The notes under the pieces are model-generated. The model did no database searches. It saw only the letters and a list, made by a program, of their open reading frames with translations, and was not told the origin of the DNA. A program made the translations under genes and the position numbers. 64,000 nt of DNA from Gemmatimonadota bacterium (lineage in GTDB: Bacteria > Gemmatimonadota > Gemmatimonadetes > Palauibacterales > KS3-K002), in assembly GCA_039586795.1 (NCBI GenBank), contig JBDHJS010000026.1, forward strand, positions 1,758 to 65,757, given 5' to 3'. Each line of letters begins with the position of its first letter. Positions within the stretch are counted from its first letter, which is position 1. Shown piece after piece: positions 48,050 to 57,220 of the stretch.

Positions 48050-49807
48050 ATGATCAAGCAACTATCTCCGCTGCTCCCCTATGCTCGCCGTTACCGTCGG
48101 CGCATCGCCGCCGGTCTGGGCCTCGTCGTTTTCTCCAACATCTTCTCTCTCGCCTGGCCCTATTTGCTGAAGCTCGGCATCGACGACATGGAGGCTGGCA
48201 CCACGGCGGCCCGCCTCGCCGGTTATGCCGGCGCCATCGTCCTGCTTTCCCTGGTCGGCGGGTTCGCTCGCTTCCTCGTCCGCGAACTGTTGAACGGCAT
48301 GAGCCGACACGTCGAGAACGATTTGCGGGACGACTACTTCGCCCACCTGCTGAGGCTAGCGCCGGATTTCTATGGACGCGTGCCTACCGGCGAGTTGATG
48401 AGTCGCGCCACAAACGACATCCCAGCCGTCCGCATGGTCATCGGCCCCGCCGTCATGTACCTGGTCAACACGGCCGTCGTCGGCGCCATCGCGCTGACCA
48501 TGCTGATCCTCATCGATCCGCGACTGACCCTGTTCGCCATTCTACCGCTGCTCGTCGTTCCAGCGGTGACCATCTACTTCGGGCGCGAGATCCACAAGCG
48601 ATTCGAAGCCATTCAGGCTCAGTTCGGCCGCATATCCACGATGGCTCAGGAGAACCTGGCCGGCGCGCGTATCGTCCGCGCTTACGTCCAGGAAGATGCC
48701 CAGGCGGGCGGCTTCGCCGAGCTGAACCGTGAGTACATGAATCGCAACCTCAGCCTCGCCAAAGTCTGGGGCCTCTTCCACCCGATGTTGATGATGCTCA
48801 CCGGGTTGGGGGCAGTGATTGTACTCGGGGTGGGTGGCCGCGACGTGATCATGGGCCGCATCAGTGTCGGAGACTTCGTCGCGTTCGTGTTCTACCTGAT
48901 GCAGCTCATCTGGCCAATGATCGCACTTGGCTGGGTCATCAACCTGTTCGAGCGTGGTGCGGCTTCGATGGGTCGGATCCAGGAGATCATGAGCGAAGCT
49001 CCGTCCATCCACGATGCCGATGAGCCCGTCCCCGTCATCGAACCCCGGGGCGGCGTTGAATTTCGCAACGTCTCCTTCAGATATCCCGGCACGGAGCGAT
49101 TCGTGCTCCGCAACGTTTCGTTCGCAATTGAGCCGGGACGAACCGTAGCCATCGTTGGGCGAACGGGTTCCGGGAAGAGCTCCATCGCCAGGCTCCTCCC
49201 GCGCCTCTATGACCCTGACGAAGGGATCATTCTGCTCGATGGAGTACCGCTGGACCGGGTGCCCCTGGAACAGCTACGTGGGCTCATTGCCATGGTGCCC
49301 CAGGAGCCCTTCCTGTTTTCTGAGACGCTCGGCGCCAATATCGCGTTCGGCCTTCAGAACGGAGGCGACCATGAGCGCGTCGAGGATGCCGCCGCAATCG
49401 CACAACTCGCCGAGACGATCCGCGACTTCCCGGCGGGCTACGAGACCCAACTCGGCGAGCGCGGCATCAATTTGTCAGGCGGCCAGAAACAACGAGCTAC
49501 TCTGGCCCGGGCTCTCACTCGCGAGTCCCCCGTCCTCATCCTCGACGACGCGCTGTCCTCCGTCGACACGCACACCGAGGCGGCTATCCTCGATGGCCTC
49601 AAGGATGTCTTTCGCCGACATACCAGCATCATCATCTCGCATCGGGTTAGCGCAGTGAAAGACGCGGATATGATTCTCGTCGTCGAGGACGGTGAGATCG
49701 TGGAACGTGGCGGCCACCAGGAGCTGCTTGCTCTCGATGGGGTCTACGCCCGCCTGCTGGAAAGGCAGCTGCTGGAGGAAAGCCTCGAGGACCAGCTCGC
49801 CAGCTGA
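48050..49807 (+). CDS. ABC exporter, fused TMD-NBD (MdlA-like)
   Basis: TM domain; GRTGSGKS, LSGGQKQR, ILDD and SHR motifs. Confidence 0.93.
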   Translation: MIKQLSPLLPYARRYRRRIAAGLGLVVFSNIFSLAWPYLLKLGIDDMEAGTTAARLAGYAGAIVLLSLVGGFARFLVRELLNGMSRHVENDLRDDYFAHLLRLAPDFYGRVPTGELMSRATNDIPAVRMVIGPAVMYLVNTAVVGAIALTMLILIDPRLTLFAILPLLVVPAVTIYFGREIHKRFEAIQAQFGRISTMAQENLAGARIVRAYVQEDAQAGGFAELNREYMNRNLSLAKVWGLFHPMLMMLTGLGAVIVLGVGGRDVIMGRISVGDFVAFVFYLMQLIWPMIALGWVINLFERGAASMGRIQEIMSEAPSIHDADEPVPVIEPRGGVEFRNVSFRYPGTERFVLRNVSFAIEPGRTVAIVGRTGSGKSSIARLLPRLYDPDEGIILLDGVPLDRVPLEQLRGLIAMVPQEPFLFSETLGANIAFGLQNGGDHERVEDAAAIAQLAETIRDFPAGYETQLGERGINLSGGQKQRATLARALTRESPVLILDDALSSVDTHTEAAILDGLKDVFRRHTSIIISHRVSAVKDADMILVVEDGEIVERGGHQELLALDGVYARLLERQLLEESLEDQLAS

Positions 49808-49810
49808 CCC

Positions 49811-50323
49811 GTGCAACGATGCCCGAGCCTGCGCCAGAACGAACGACAGCACTTCACTGAGAAAGCGGGACGCTTGCTCGAATACGAGTATAGCATCGTC
49901 ATCAATCGCCCGGTCGAGGAAGTCTTCTCGTACATGCAGGACATCGACCGCGAACGCGACTGGCAGCCCGGCTTGCGCGAGGCTCACCAGACACCCGCCG
50001 GTGAGCCTGGCGTTGGAACGAAGCGCCGCTACGTGAGCGAGTTTCTAGGGAAACGCTTCCACAACGAGTACGTCAACACTGCCTACGTACCGAACCGACG
50101 GGTGGCCTACGAGAGCACGCCGGAGTCCGACACCGAGGCTACCGGCGAGGTCATCTGGGACCCCGCCAACGGTGGAACCCGCGTGACGATGCGAGTCAGA
50201 GCGACCGTAGGCGGCGCGCTTCGCTTTGTGCCCAGGTCGCTGATCCTATCCGTCGCCAAGAAGGAGCTCGCCGCGGCGCTGGAGCGGGCGCGCGACCGGC
50301 TTGAAGGTCGACAAGACACCTGA
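49811..50323 (+). CDS. SRPBCC family protein
   Basis: I.RPVEEVF.Y, W.P and GTRVT motifs; true start probably about 20 codons downstream. Confidence 0.8.
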   Translation: MQRCPSLRQNERQHFTEKAGRLLEYEYSIVINRPVEEVFSYMQDIDRERDWQPGLREAHQTPAGEPGVGTKRRYVSEFLGKRFHNEYVNTAYVPNRRVAYESTPESDTEATGEVIWDPANGGTRVTMRVRATVGGALRFVPRSLILSVAKKELAAALERARDRLEGRQDT

Positions 50324-50345
50324 TTCCAACGTCTTCCGCGTCAGC

Positions 50346-50372
50346 GGAACCTTGCCTGCCGATCCTCTGTTC
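50346..50372 (+). promoter_or_regulatory. Putative ECF promoter upstream of yceI
   Basis: GGAACC-N16-TGTTC (GGAAC-N18-GTT). Confidence 0.5.
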
Positions 50373-50431
50373 AGTCAGCCAAAGGTAGTTCAGCACTGAA
50401 ATAATGTGACCGTGACGATACGGAGGACATC

Positions 50432-51058
50432 ATGAGGCAGTTCCTTGCGATTACAGGTATTCTGGCGCTTGGCGCCGTGACGATTGCCGCCGGCGATCGG
50501 GCTGCGGCAACCCCTGAGGCGACGCTTTGGAACGTCGACGTCGCCCACACGGGCATCGATTTCTCGGTCCGCCATTTCTTCACCCCAGTCCGGGGGACGT
50601 TCGATGACTACGAGGTCGAGCTGTTGTTCGACCCGGAGGACCCGAAGAACAGCAGCGTTGAAGTTCAGATCTCGGTAGCCAGCGTCAACACTGGAAATGA
50701 GAAGCGTGATAACCACCTGCGGTCAGGCGACTGGTTTGAAGCAGAGAAGTATCCGTACTTGACCTTCAAGAGCACGTCGGTCAGGCAAATCAGTGTCGAC
50801 CGGTTCATCGCCACTGGCGAGCTGACCATCAAGGACACGACGAAGGAGATTGAGTTGCCGATCACGTTGCTCGGCATTACCGATCTGCCCTCACAGATGA
50901 GCGAGATGATGGGCGGAGTGAAGCACGTTGCGAGCTTCGAGACGGCGTACAAACTGGATCGTCGGGACTACGACGTCGGTGTGGGTTCGTGGGCCGAGAC
51001 GATTATCGTTAGCTCCGATGTGGAGATCGCGATCACCCTGGAGGCAAACAAGAAGTAG
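50432..51058 (+). CDS. YceI family periplasmic protein
   Basis: Signal peptide; W.VD..H..I.F.V.H, RDNHLRS.DWF...KYP and G.LTI motifs. Confidence 0.92.
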   Translation: MRQFLAITGILALGAVTIAAGDRAAATPEATLWNVDVAHTGIDFSVRHFFTPVRGTFDDYEVELLFDPEDPKNSSVEVQISVASVNTGNEKRDNHLRSGDWFEAEKYPYLTFKSTSVRQISVDRFIATGELTIKDTTKEIELPITLLGITDLPSQMSEMMGGVKHVASFETAYKLDRRDYDVGVGSWAETIIVSSDVEIAITLEANKK

Positions 51059-51066
51059 AACCAACG

Positions 51067-51115
51067 ACTGGTGATCGGTGGCCGGTATCTAGTTACCGGC
51101 CACCGGCAACCGACT
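51067..51115. terminator. Hairpin built from inverted heptamer arrays between convergent genes
   Basis: ACTGGTG ATCGGTG GCCGGTA - TCTAGT - TACCGGC CACCGGC AACCGAC. Confidence 0.7.
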
Positions 51116-53507
51116 ACTCCACCCTAAGCGCTTCCACCGGATCGACCTTCGTCGCGCGGCGCGCTGGGAAGTACGTCGCCACGATACCGGCGATCAACAG
51201 GGCGGCGGCCATGGAGCCGTAGATCAGCGGCTCGAAGGCGTCGACGCCATGCAGGAAGAAAGACAGTCCTCGCGCCATCCCGAACGCGACGGCCAACCCG
51301 ACGACGATCCCAACAACGGCCAGAACCGTCCCCTGTCTGAGGATCATACCGATGACGTTGCGGTTCTGCGCGCCCAGCGCCATGCGAATCCCCATCTCCT
51401 GGCGACGCTGCGATACGGAATACGCCATCACACCGTAAACGCCGGCCAGAGCCAGGACGAGTGCGATTACCGCGACAACGCTCATGATCTTGGCCATGAT
51501 CGTATCGCCGCCCAGCGACTCGTCGATGATGTCGCTCAACGGCCGTATGCTGTACGCCGGGATGTTCGCATCCAGCGCGCTGACCGTCGTTCGTATCGAC
51601 TCGACAAGCGTCTCGAGGGGTACGCTTGCTTCGACTAGGTAGCCGAGGCTTCGGTCATCGTCCTGGTAAGCGGAGAAGTAGACCATCGGTCTTTGGCCGA
51701 GTGCAGTACTGGCGACACCCGAATTGGCGGCGACGCCGACGATCTCCGCACTGGAGTTGTAGAACTGGATCTCGCGGCCGATCGGATCCTCGCCCGGCCA
51801 GTGGCGCTCCGCCATCGTCTGATTGATAACGATGGCTTGACGCGCGTCCATCCGATCCCTGTCATCGATCCCACGACCACGTACGATGGGTATGTCCATC
51901 GCCTCGAAGTAGCCCGGCGTGACGTCCAGCCAATTCGTGACTTTGCGGTCGAGATCGCTGTTGATGTCGTCGCCGGGTAGCGAATAGTAGGTCCCACTGT
52001 TCCCTTGCGAGGGCAAGATCGTCGTCGCGCCCACGCTGACGACGCCCGGCAACGACGCGAGCCGTTCAGCAAGCTGCTCGTGAAAGGCGACGACCGTCAG
52101 GGTGTCGGGATACTCCTGCTGCGGCAACGCGACCCGGAACGCCAGGATGTCGCTTTCGTCGAAGCCGCGATCGGCCAGCCGCACGTTATAGAACGCTTGC
52201 ACCAAGAGCGCTGACGACACCAGCAACCCCAGCGCCAGCGATACCTCGCCCATGACCAGTCCTTTGCGCAGACGTGCGCCCCGGGCCGCCGTGCCGCCGC
52301 GTCCGCCTTCCTTCAACGACTCTACCGTGTTGGACCTCATGCTCTGAACCGTGGGCGCGATCCCGACAAGTACCGCACTCAGCATGGCGACAACGGCAGT
52401 GAACATCAAAACCCGGCCATCGAGTCCGATCTCGCTCACGCGTGGGAACCATGCGGGCATCAACGATACGAGCCACCGAATGCCGAACACCGATATCACT
52501 ACGCCGAGCACCCCGCCAACGACGGCCAGGATCAGTGCCTCGGTGAGAAATTGGCGTGCGATGCGGTAGCGGCCAGCGCCCAGCGCCGTGCGTACCGCCA
52601 CCTCGCGCTCGCGCCCGGCGGCGTGGGTCAGCAGCAGGTTAGCCACGTTGGCACACGCGATCAGCAGCAAGAACAACACGGCAATCGTCGAGATCGTCGT
52701 ACCTACCTTGAAGCCCTCGTCAAAGATGTCTTCGTGCAGAGTGATGACCGAGGCACCGTTCCCAGAGTTGTGCTCCGGGTACTCCGCGGCGAGCCGGTTG
52801 GCGATCCGCTCGGCCTCGTCGCGGGCCTGCGCCATCGTGTTGCCCGGATTCAGTCGGGACAGGGTCCAGAGGTAATGGCTGTTGCGATTCTCTTCGCCGC
52901 TTATCGCTAGTGGGACCCAGACGCCGTCATCGACGTTGGCGAACCAAAACCCGGCCGGCATCACGCCGATCACGGTATGAGGTTCACCGTCCAGCAGGAT
53001 CGTCGTACCCAAGATCCCGGGGTCGCCGCCGAAGCGACGCTGCCACAGCCCATCGCTGATCACCGCGACATGGTTCTGGCCTACGGTTTCCTCATCGATC
53101 GTGAAGCCGCGGCCCAGCGCCGGCTGAACGCCCAGAACTCGGAAGAAGTTGGAGCTCAGGCGTCTCCCACCAACACGTTCTGGACGGTCGCCTTCCGAGA
53201 GGTTGAACGCGGCCCCCGTAGATGCGGCGATCTCCATCGTCTGGCTCTGCTCTCGGAAATCGACGAAGTCGGGGACCGAGAACGAAACCTGGTTCCACCC
53301 TCGTTCCTGGTTCGTCGTCCAGATGACGCCCAGGTCGTGCGACTCCGGGAACGGCAGCGGCCGCAACATGAACACGTCGACGGCGCTGAAGATCGAGGTG
53401 TTCGCCCCGATCCCGACGGCCAGCGAGAGCACCGCGATGACGATGAGAAGGCCACCCCGGCGCAGCGACCGGAAACCGTACTTGAGGTCCTGCCAGATTC
53501 TCTCCAT
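51114..53507 (-). CDS. Duplicated MacB-type ABC permease (ADOP-like)
   Basis: QDLKYG.RSL, LA.GIGAN..IFS, LIACANVANL, RE.AVR.ALGA, E.GIRMALGA and PARRA..VDP..ALR.E motifs. Confidence 0.9.
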   Translation of the reverse strand: MERIWQDLKYGFRSLRRGGLLIVIAVLSLAVGIGANTSIFSAVDVFMLRPLPFPESHDLGVIWTTNQERGWNQVSFSVPDFVDFREQSQTMEIAASTGAAFNLSEGDRPERVGGRRLSSNFFRVLGVQPALGRGFTIDEETVGQNHVAVISDGLWQRRFGGDPGILGTTILLDGEPHTVIGVMPAGFWFANVDDGVWVPLAISGEENRNSHYLWTLSRLNPGNTMAQARDEAERIANRLAAEYPEHNSGNGASVITLHEDIFDEGFKVGTTISTIAVLFLLLIACANVANLLLTHAAGREREVAVRTALGAGRYRIARQFLTEALILAVVGGVLGVVISVFGIRWLVSLMPAWFPRVSEIGLDGRVLMFTAVVAMLSAVLVGIAPTVQSMRSNTVESLKEGGRGGTAARGARLRKGLVMGEVSLALGLLVSSALLVQAFYNVRLADRGFDESDILAFRVALPQQEYPDTLTVVAFHEQLAERLASLPGVVSVGATTILPSQGNSGTYYSLPGDDINSDLDRKVTNWLDVTPGYFEAMDIPIVRGRGIDDRDRMDARQAIVINQTMAERHWPGEDPIGREIQFYNSSAEIVGVAANSGVASTALGQRPMVYFSAYQDDDRSLGYLVEASVPLETLVESIRTTVSALDANIPAYSIRPLSDIIDESLGGDTIMAKIMSVVAVIALVLALAGVYGVMAYSVSQRRQEMGIRMALGAQNRNVIGMILRQGTVLAVVGIVVGLAVAFGMARGLSFFLHGVDAFEPLIYGSMAAALLIAGIVATYFPARRATKVDPVEALRVE

Positions 53508-53623
53508 GACCCATCCTGCCGTAGAGGAAAGCACGTTGCCGACTAGCTTATGACACTACGATCCGCCAAACGCCGGGTTTCAGCCAGCACAGCCAGCACC
53601 GAGGTCGGCTGAGAAGCCGCTCG

Positions 53624-54364
53624 TCAGATATGCTCCAGCAGGAAGTCCGGCGTGAACTGGATCAGCCAACCGGCCAGTATTGTGAACTTGCCGGTTACGA
53701 GCAGCAGTCCCACCAGAATCAACAGTATGCCGGCTACCCATTCCACGTAGCGGATATAGCGCCGGAACTTCTGGAACCATGTCAAGAAGGCCGTCAAAGC
53801 GACAGCGCTGAGGACGAAGGGGATTGCCAGGCCGAGGGAGTAAACGAAGAGTAGGGCTACGCCCTGGGTCACGCTGGCCGTGTTCGCCGCCAGCGTCAGG
53901 ATGGCGCCGAGGATCGGGCCGATGCACGGGACCCAGCCCGCGCCGAAGGCCATGCCCACCGCCACCGTACCGGCGTAGCCGACAGGCTTGTTCTGAAACT
54001 GGTATCGCTTCTCGCGACTGAGCAGCGGGATTGGGATCACGCCCAGCAACAGCAGCCCAAAGAAGATGATGATGACGCCGCCGATCTGGGCCACCAGCAC
54101 CTTGTGCTCGCGCAGCAGCTGCCCGATGGCGGTTGCGCCGGCGCCCATCGCCAGGAAGATCAGCGTGAATCCGGCTACGAATAGCAGGGCGTGAACCAGA
54201 GTCACCTTCTTTACATCGCCGCCGCCCTGCTCCAGCTCCTCCATACCGAGTCCGGTGATGAACGAGACGTAGGACGGGACAAGTGGTAAAACGCAGGGAC
54301 TCAGAAAGGAAAGAAGCCCGGCGAGAAACGCGACAAAGATCCCAATCGATGCGCCGTCTTGCAT
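53624..54364 (-). CDS. ccdA: CcdA family thiol-disulfide transporter
   Basis: SFLSPCVLPLVP, GWVPCIGPIL and YSLGL..PF motifs. Confidence 0.92.
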   Translation of the reverse strand: MQDGASIGIFVAFLAGLLSFLSPCVLPLVPSYVSFITGLGMEELEQGGGDVKKVTLVHALLFVAGFTLIFLAMGAGATAIGQLLREHKVLVAQIGGVIIIFFGLLLLGVIPIPLLSREKRYQFQNKPVGYAGTVAVGMAFGAGWVPCIGPILGAILTLAANTASVTQGVALLFVYSLGLAIPFVLSAVALTAFLTWFQKFRRYIRYVEWVAGILLILVGLLLVTGKFTILAGWLIQFTPDFLLEHI

Positions 54365-54367
54365 CTG

Positions 54368-55258
54368 TCAGCCTGCTTTAGCGGTTAGTGAATACCCGAT
54401 CATCTTGTAGACCAGCTTGGCGGCCAGGAAATCTGGAGCCACCATACCCGGCAGCGGCGCCAGTTCGACGACATCCGCAGCCACGACGTTCTTCTCCGCA
54501 AAGACCCGCCGCAACAACGTCATCGCTTGCGCCCATGTTCCACCCCCGGGCTCCGGGGTTCCCGTGGAAGGCATGTACGCGGGGTCGAAGAAATCGACGT
54601 CAAAGCTGATGTAGACATTGTCCGAGTCGAGTCCGTCCAACGCCCGGTCCATCCAATCGTCGTCAGCCAATTGCTCACCGTAGACCATGGTCAGACCGAG
54701 TTCGTCGATCAGCTGCTTCTCTTCCCGATCGATAGCGCGAATGCCAACGCCTACCGGTCTGACTCGATCCACCACGCGCCGCATAACACAGGCATGGCTC
54801 CAGCGCGTTTCATGAAAGCTGTCGCGAAGGTCGGCGTGGGCATCGAACTGGAGTATCGCCAGATCATCGTTCAAGCGGTCGGCCCAGTGCAGAACCGGCA
54901 CCTGAGTGATCGAGTGCTCTCCGCCCAGCATGATGACAAACGGACCATCGTTTCCGACTTCGTCGTAGCGCGAGCGCAGGTCCTGGAAAGCAGTCTCCGG
55001 GCCCGCCGCCGTGAGCTCGACCATCGGGTAGGTGTGAATACCGGCTCGGTAGGCCTCGACATCCAACTCGTGATCGTAGAGCTCGACGTGCCGGGATGCC
55101 TGCAAGATCGCCTCAGGCCCTCGGCGCGTTCCTTCCATATATGACGTCGTGGCCTCGTACGGAACAGGAAGCAAAGCGTATTTCGCTCGCTCCACCGCAG
55201 TCAGTTCTTTCCCCAGACCGAGGAAGGAGTAGGGATCTTCCCAGGAATAATCGGACAT
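54368..55258 (-). CDS. speB: Agmatinase
   Basis: GGEHS, DAHADL, SHAC and SFDVD..DP...P.TGTPEPGG motifs; follows the arginine decarboxylase. Confidence 0.92.
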   Translation of the reverse strand: MSDYSWEDPYSFLGLGKELTAVERAKYALLPVPYEATTSYMEGTRRGPEAILQASRHVELYDHELDVEAYRAGIHTYPMVELTAAGPETAFQDLRSRYDEVGNDGPFVIMLGGEHSITQVPVLHWADRLNDDLAILQFDAHADLRDSFHETRWSHACVMRRVVDRVRPVGVGIRAIDREEKQLIDELGLTMVYGEQLADDDWMDRALDGLDSDNVYISFDVDFFDPAYMPSTGTPEPGGGTWAQAMTLLRRVFAEKNVVAADVVELAPLPGMVAPDFLAAKLVYKMIGYSLTAKAG

Positions 55259-55266
55259 GGCTCCTG

Positions 55267-55818
55267 TCAGGGTAGGAGGACGGCCGCAGTGATGACGCTC
55301 ACCCACTTGCCGTCGTCGGGGCCCTCGGCCGTTTGAGTGATGTTCTCGGTCTTGACGATCTTGCCCGAGACTTTCCACTGGGCACGCTGTTCGTCCCAAG
55401 CGGTGTCCGAGTTAAACGGCACATCGAGGATCGTGGCCAGCATGCTCGCCGCGAGGTCTTCGGCGTAATCGCCGGCGGTTTGGTCGCTCTGACCGTACTC
55501 GTGGTGCTCCGATAGATACCCGAATTGATTGGGATCCGCGGGGATTGCCACACCTATGCTGGCGGCAATAAGCCGGCTCGGCTCGTTGGTATCGAGGCGC
55601 GACATAACCGCGAAGGTGATCTGGCCCGGCGTCAACAACTCCAGCCCCGCTTCCCTGCTTATCAACTCGCAGTGAGGTGGGAAGATGGAGGAGACGCTCA
55701 CCAGATTGAAACGGGCGATCCGCGCCTGGCGCAAGGCCATTTCGAACGCGGAAAGTCTTTCGCGGTGGATGCCAACGCCTCTTGTCAGAAAGATCTTCGT
55801 TGGGACAAATGGATTCAT
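55267..55818 (-). CDS. pdaD: Pyruvoyl-dependent arginine decarboxylase
   Basis: F.T.GVG, FE.AL..A.I..FNLV.VSSI.PP (Ser-Ser cleavage site) and GYLSEHH motifs. Confidence 0.9.
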   Translation of the reverse strand: MNPFVPTKIFLTRGVGIHRERLSAFEMALRQARIARFNLVSVSSIFPPHCELISREAGLELLTPGQITFAVMSRLDTNEPSRLIAASIGVAIPADPNQFGYLSEHHEYGQSDQTAGDYAEDLAASMLATILDVPFNSDTAWDEQRAQWKVSGKIVKTENITQTAEGPDDGKWVSVITAAVLLP

Positions 55819-55955
55819 GGCCACGGCGGGTCAACCCTCATAGAAAAATGCGCGGCAAGTCGCTCGAAGGGGCCGCGCATGAATGTAAAGGTCTACTGCC
55901 CGGCGTAAACCGGGTATTGATATTGTTAGCTATGCCGTACAACTCAGGTCAGGCG

Positions 55956-56393
55956 CTAGTGCTGGCAGTTCGGGCAGTACCCGATCAGCTCCAGCCGGTA
56001 GTCGAGGACCTCGAAACCGTCCTCGCTGTGGAGCCCACGGATCAATTCCGAATCATGCGAGCCCATCACGTCACGTACTGATCCGCACTTCAAGCACCGG
56101 ACGTGGTCGTGATCATCGGTACGACCGTCGTAGCGGGCCGGTCCGCCAGCAAGCTCGAGCTTCAATGCTACACCGGACTCGACAAACGCTTCCAGCGCCT
56201 TGTAGACCGTCGCCAAGCTGAGGTCCGGAAGAACCTCTCTCACCTGGGTGAAGATCTCGTCAGCGGTGGGGTGCGTCTTGACGCCCTTGATGTAGCGGTA
56301 GATCGCCGCTCGCTGATTGGTGTGCCGGTGTCCGCTCGATTCGAGCGCTAACCGAAGCCTGTCCTGACTTGCACTTTTGGGCGCGACTTCCAT
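55956..56393 (-). CDS. Fur-family regulator (PerR-like)
   Basis: T.QR..I, HPTA, SLATVYK.L, H.H..CLKCG and C-terminal CPNC motifs. Confidence 0.88.
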   Translation of the reverse strand: MEVAPKSASQDRLRLALESSGHRHTNQRAAIYRYIKGVKTHPTADEIFTQVREVLPDLSLATVYKALEAFVESGVALKLELAGGPARYDGRTDDHDHVRCLKCGSVRDVMGSHDSELIRGLHSEDGFEVLDYRLELIGYCPNCQH

Positions 56394-56400
56394 CGCTCAG

Positions 56401-57042
56401 TTAACCGGGTTCTTGGGTTAGCTCGTCGGAGCCATTCTCGAACGAGGGTGACTCTATGATAGTACTGAAACTAATCTCTCGCTTCAGAGCAGCGTCAATC
56501 TGTGCCGTACCCAGGGCGACCTTGGAGACCGTCCCATTACCGTTGCCATTGCCGTTGCCGTTGCCGTTCCCGTTGCCGTTGGCCAATCGGGTCAGTGCTT
56601 CTTCCCACGCGTCCATCCGACCGCCTACCTCGATTACCTGAGGCGTGCCCGCTTCGGCCAACCGGCCCAGCAGTCGGTCGGGGATATCGGAAACGAGGCT
56701 CTGCGGCGCGGTCCCCTGCTCCCTCACCCGCTGCACCCATTCGAACTCTTCGCTCTCCGGATCCGCAAACTCCGCATCCACATGAGACGTCAGAATCCTC
56801 CTGCGGTCATCACCCCCGTCATAGCAGACAAGAATGACAAACTCGCAAGCCGCGTCTCGATCCGGGAGCGGTGGGAAGACCCACAGCTCGTCTATGGCAG
56901 CAGCGGGTATGTTGTCGGAGATCGCCTGGAGTCGCAGGTCAAGCGGCAAGGCCCGGTCCGGCCTGGACTGTCCGCTCATCCTCTTCTGAAGCATGCGACG
57001 CCTGGGATCATTCGTTCGTCTGTTCTTGCGTTGCCCGTACAC
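56401..57042 (-). CDS. Hypothetical protein with (NG)8 tract
   Basis: ORF in operon orientation with GGAGG upstream of the GTG; contains IDELWVFPPL. Confidence 0.65.
   Translation of the reverse strand: MYGQRKNRRTNDPRRRMLQKRMSGQSRPDRALPLDLRLQAISDNIPAAAIDELWVFPPLPDRDAACEFVILVCYDGGDDRRRILTSHVDAEFADPESEEFEWVQRVREQGTAPQSLVSDIPDRLLGRLAEAGTPQVIEVGGRMDAWEEALTRLANGNGNGNGNGNGNGNGTVSKVALGTAQIDAALKREISFSTIIESPSFENGSDELTQEPG
56533..56580 (-). repeat. (Asn-Gly)8 coding hexanucleotide repeat
   Basis: AAC GGC AAC GGG AAC GGC AAC GGC AAC GGC AAT GGC AAC GGT AAT GGG. Confidence 0.9.
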
Positions 57043-57220
57043 CAGCCTCCACCTCCCTGCCCATCACACAGGCGCACCAATACCCGGGTGGCCATTCCAC
57101 CGGGTACACGCCCACCCCATGTGGGCTGCTAAACCCCGGCACCAGACCGAGATCCGGCCTGTCTCCACCCCGGATTACGCTTGAAAAATACCGCAGGACG
57201 GGCCTTGAGGAAAGAGGTTG

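Noticed and set aside
44318-51058. Plus-strand block as a possible genomic island or inversion
   Set aside because: No integrase, tRNA, flanking repeats or obvious compositional shift; the genes are ordinary.
53581-53598. CAGCCAGCA x2 direct repeat
   Set aside because: Two copies of a 9-mer with no associated element; too weak to call a target-site duplication.
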